Source of the DNA: Octopus bimaculoides
Taxonomy: Eukaryota
Reading direction: 5' to 3'
DNA length: 64,000 nucleotides
NCBI RefSeq assembly: GCF_001194135.2
Contig: NC_068991.1
Coordinates: 78,206,564 to 78,270,563, forward strand
In this document: piece by piece, positions 61,450 to 64,000 of the stretch
Layout: the number at the start of each line of letters is the position of its first letter
Numbering within the stretch: position 1 is the first letter of the stretch
Notes under the pieces: model-generated
Database searches by the model: none
What the model saw: the letters and a program-made list of their open reading frames with translations, nothing else
What the model was told of the DNA's origin: nothing
Position numbers and translations under genes: made by a program

Positions 61450-61680
61450 CATCATCATCATCATCGTTTTAATGTCCTATACTTGCATAGTTTAGATGGA
61501 ATGCATTGAGGCAAATTTTCTGCAGCCGGATGCTCTTCCTGCTGTCAACCCTCATCTGTTTCCAGAAGGATAATGTTTCTCCCTGGCCAGACGTGTTTTC
61601 ATAGAAGATCCTAATCAAAAGACACCAACTTGTATGTTGTTGACATTCATTTGCAACAATCACACGAAGTCCAGTCAAGA
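61450..61680 (-). mobile_element. SINE family D, decayed (further decayed copies at ~47604-47700, 62170-62370, 63290-63425)
   Basis: (CAT)n cgttttaatgtcc...gccggatgctcttcctg. Confidence 0.7.
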
Positions 61681-62730
61681 TTCTAACACCACTAGAATCC
61701 TGGTTGACTGTAGCTAATAACCAAATAAAAACGTCCATTCAGATCTAATTAAACACGACACCATAAAGAATATAAAGAAGATACTAAGAAACCAGATTCC
61801 ATTGCCATACCAGAAAATGAGAGAATTCTAAAGAGTACAAAGACAAGAAATAAGAGTACAACCAGTCTGGTGAAAAACGTACTCAACACCAAACCAATGA
61901 GAATGAATCCACAACTCCATAGACATCACAATAACAGTTCTTCCATTCAAACAAGTATAGACCTCTCATCTTCTGAACCTTTCAGAATCTTTATGTATAT
62001 AAAGAGTATGTTGGTTGCAGTGGTTCCTCCTTGTTTCAGAGAATTTCTTTCTTTCTTTTCATTTTACTTCCTTATTTATGTCTCTGATGGCTGGCAAGGC
62101 TGATTTCTGTCTGGAGCAATTGTCCTCAAACTTTACATCTCATGGTCAGTGAAGGCCTTGATTGCATTTGGCAGCCCTTTCATCATGACCATTTAACCTC
62201 TTCATGCTGGCTTGGGTTGAATGATCCAGCGAGTCACAGGGCTACATCAAACTCTGGTACCAGCTTTGGCATGGTTTCCACAGTTGGATGCCCTTCCTAA
62301 TGCCAACCAATTAACAGGGTGGGCTTTTTTTTTCTTAGCACCAGCACTAGTGAGGTTGCCAGGTAATTAGCAAGACAAAAAAGTTGGTAGAAGAAAATGG
62401 AAAAAGAAAGAAAAAGAAGAAAAAACCTCCACTTAACGGATGGGAGAGATATAAAAAGGTGAGGCTGTGATTGTAAGCCAGGTATTGAAGGACTAAGTGG
62501 TATGACAGAGGATAATTCTTGAATGGATGAACAAATTGAGAAGGAACTTCGAAAGATCATCGTTTTTTTCTTTGTTTTAATCATTATTTTTGTATTATCT
62601 TTTAATGGCAACAGTTGTCATCATTGTAAAATCTTTTAATTATTTTTCTAATTAGCAAATATATCTGTCTTACATTTTTGTTTATTTTTAAGGATTTTAT
62701 TTACTTCTTTTCTTTTATTTCTTCATCCAG

Positions 62731-62810
62731 ATGGTCACAAACTGCTAAAACTTCATATTGGTTTACCAATTACCCATAATCCTACATCATGTAGAAGTAT
62801 TGTATGGAAG
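62731..62810 (+). CDS. VASH: Vasohibin coding exon 7 (80 nt, phase 1-0)
   Basis: (Y)GHKLLKLHIGLPITHNPTSCRSIVWK matches VASH1 WHVLKKVKLGQSVSHDPHSVEQIEWK. Strong pyrimidine acceptor, AAG|GTAAGA. Confidence 0.93.
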
Positions 62811-62934
62811 GTAAGAGGGGAACAAAATTGCGATGTTGTTTTTTTTTAACTTTTCACTGGGTTTTTTTCTTTTGTTTTGTTTTTCTTTTTCATGACATAA
62901 TTAGAGGAGAAAGGGTAACATTTTTAAGCATTTT

Positions 62935-63320
62935 TAAGAATCATTGAGATTTGTTGGGTTAATGTGGTGCAGTTGAGAGGAGCACATGAAGATATGGGGT
63001 GTCTTCCACAGACAGGGTACTAGGTCGGCCAAATACTTAAAACAGAATGGATTCCACTGGAGATATTCAAGAACCACCTCCACCAACACCACCATCACAG
63101 TCGTCATAATCACCATCACCATCACCACTACATACACCATCATCATCAGTGACACCATCACCATCATCACAGTCATTATCATAATCACCATCACCATCAC
63201 CATCAGTGACACCATCACCATCATCATCATCGTTAGTGTAGGCATTCAAGAACCACCATCATCACCATCACCACAACTATCACTACTATCATCCACATCA
63301 TCATCATCATCATCATCTTA
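62935..63320 (+). repeat. Degenerate (CAT/CAC)n repeat in VASH intron
   Basis: Direct observation, mainly 63070-63320. Confidence 0.9.
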
Positions 63321-63487
63321 ACTTCCACTTTTCCATGATCACAAGACTCAGACAGAGTTTATTGAGGCAGATCTTCTACGACTGGATGCTCTTCCTGTTG
63401 CTGCCCCTCACCTGTTTCCAGTCAAGAATTCTGCTCTTTAGAATAGTCCCCTTATATAAGTAATATATGATTTACATTATTTACTGT

Positions 63488-63700
63488 ATAGGTGCAAGGC
63501 CTAGTGGTTAGATTGTTGCTCTCACAATCAGAAGATTGTGGTTTCAATTCCCAAATTAGGCAGCACCATAGTGAGTCCACTCTGCTGAAAATGAGCAACC
63601 TTGCAATGGACTGGCATCCCATCCAGAGGGAAGGCTGTGATCTTGGTCACTTATTTGCCATGGAAACCAGGTAACTATGGCCCAGTGAGTCTTCACTGAT
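63488..63700 (+). mobile_element. SINE family C, decayed
   Basis: ggtgcaaggcctagtggttag..gtggtttcaattccc..gcaatggactggcatcccatcca. Confidence 0.7.
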
Positions 63701-63864
63701 GTACTTTGGTTTAGTGGGGTTGGTCCAAGAACTTATTAATCCTGCCTCATATATTGGTTGATATAAGAAATTAGAATTGTTTACAGAATCATTTACTGTT
63801 AGGAAGTTCTCTTTTTATAATTCTTCCAATATGTCTTTGATTCCTAAAATGTTTTCAATACCAG

Positions 63865-63948
63865 GGAATTGTCATCAACATGCAAACCACAGACCCAACT
63901 GATCTCTTCAGGAAAGTTCAGAAACATGCTCGTGTTATTAGAAAATCA
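63865..63948 (+). CDS. VASH: Vasohibin coding exon 8 (84 nt, phase 0-0); gene continues beyond window
   Basis: GIVINMQTTDPTDLFRKVQKHARVIRKS matches VASH1 SVLDVERLGRDDFRKELERHARDMR. ccag acceptor, TCA|GTAAGT. Confidence 0.88.
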
Positions 63949-64000
63949 GTAAGTACTTTTTGAGCAATACACGATCATGATAACACACACACACACACAC

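Noticed and set aside
63838-63864. TTCCTAAAAT U12-like branch motif before exon 8
   Set aside because: The matching donor (62811 GTAAGA) is clearly U2-type.

Overview
Repeat-saturated, AT-rich animal DNA from a gapped short-read assembly, with about 17 N-gaps, most abutting microsatellites. The SINE families and microsatellite load suggest a cephalopod, probably Octopus (inference). One protein-coding gene is identifiable: a plus-strand vasohibin (VASH1/2-like tubulin detyrosinating carboxypeptidase). It has 8 phase-consistent coding exons from 47924 to 63948, about 271 aa, and continues past the window end. The Cys/His/Ser catalytic residues are intact. Two of its introns (53272-54821, 56679-59159) carry clear minor-spliceosome (U12) signals. 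A third candidate U12 intron lies in the 5'UTR (43572-47902), which would give an alternating U12/U2 architecture. CpG decay in SINE copies switches on at about 44-46 kb, consistent with gene-body methylation starting just after the inferred 5' end. The first 43 kb contain no identifiable gene. They hold tRNA-derived SINEs, Tx1/L1, RTE, R4/Dong and Penelope fragments, two Penelope-type hammerhead ribozymes, mariner and maT fragments, long palindromes and several unexplained coding-like stretches. Nearly all ORFs in the supplied track are artefacts of N-gaps or microsatellites. No CRISPR, rRNA or true tRNA gene is supported. SINE family letters A-D are my own labels.
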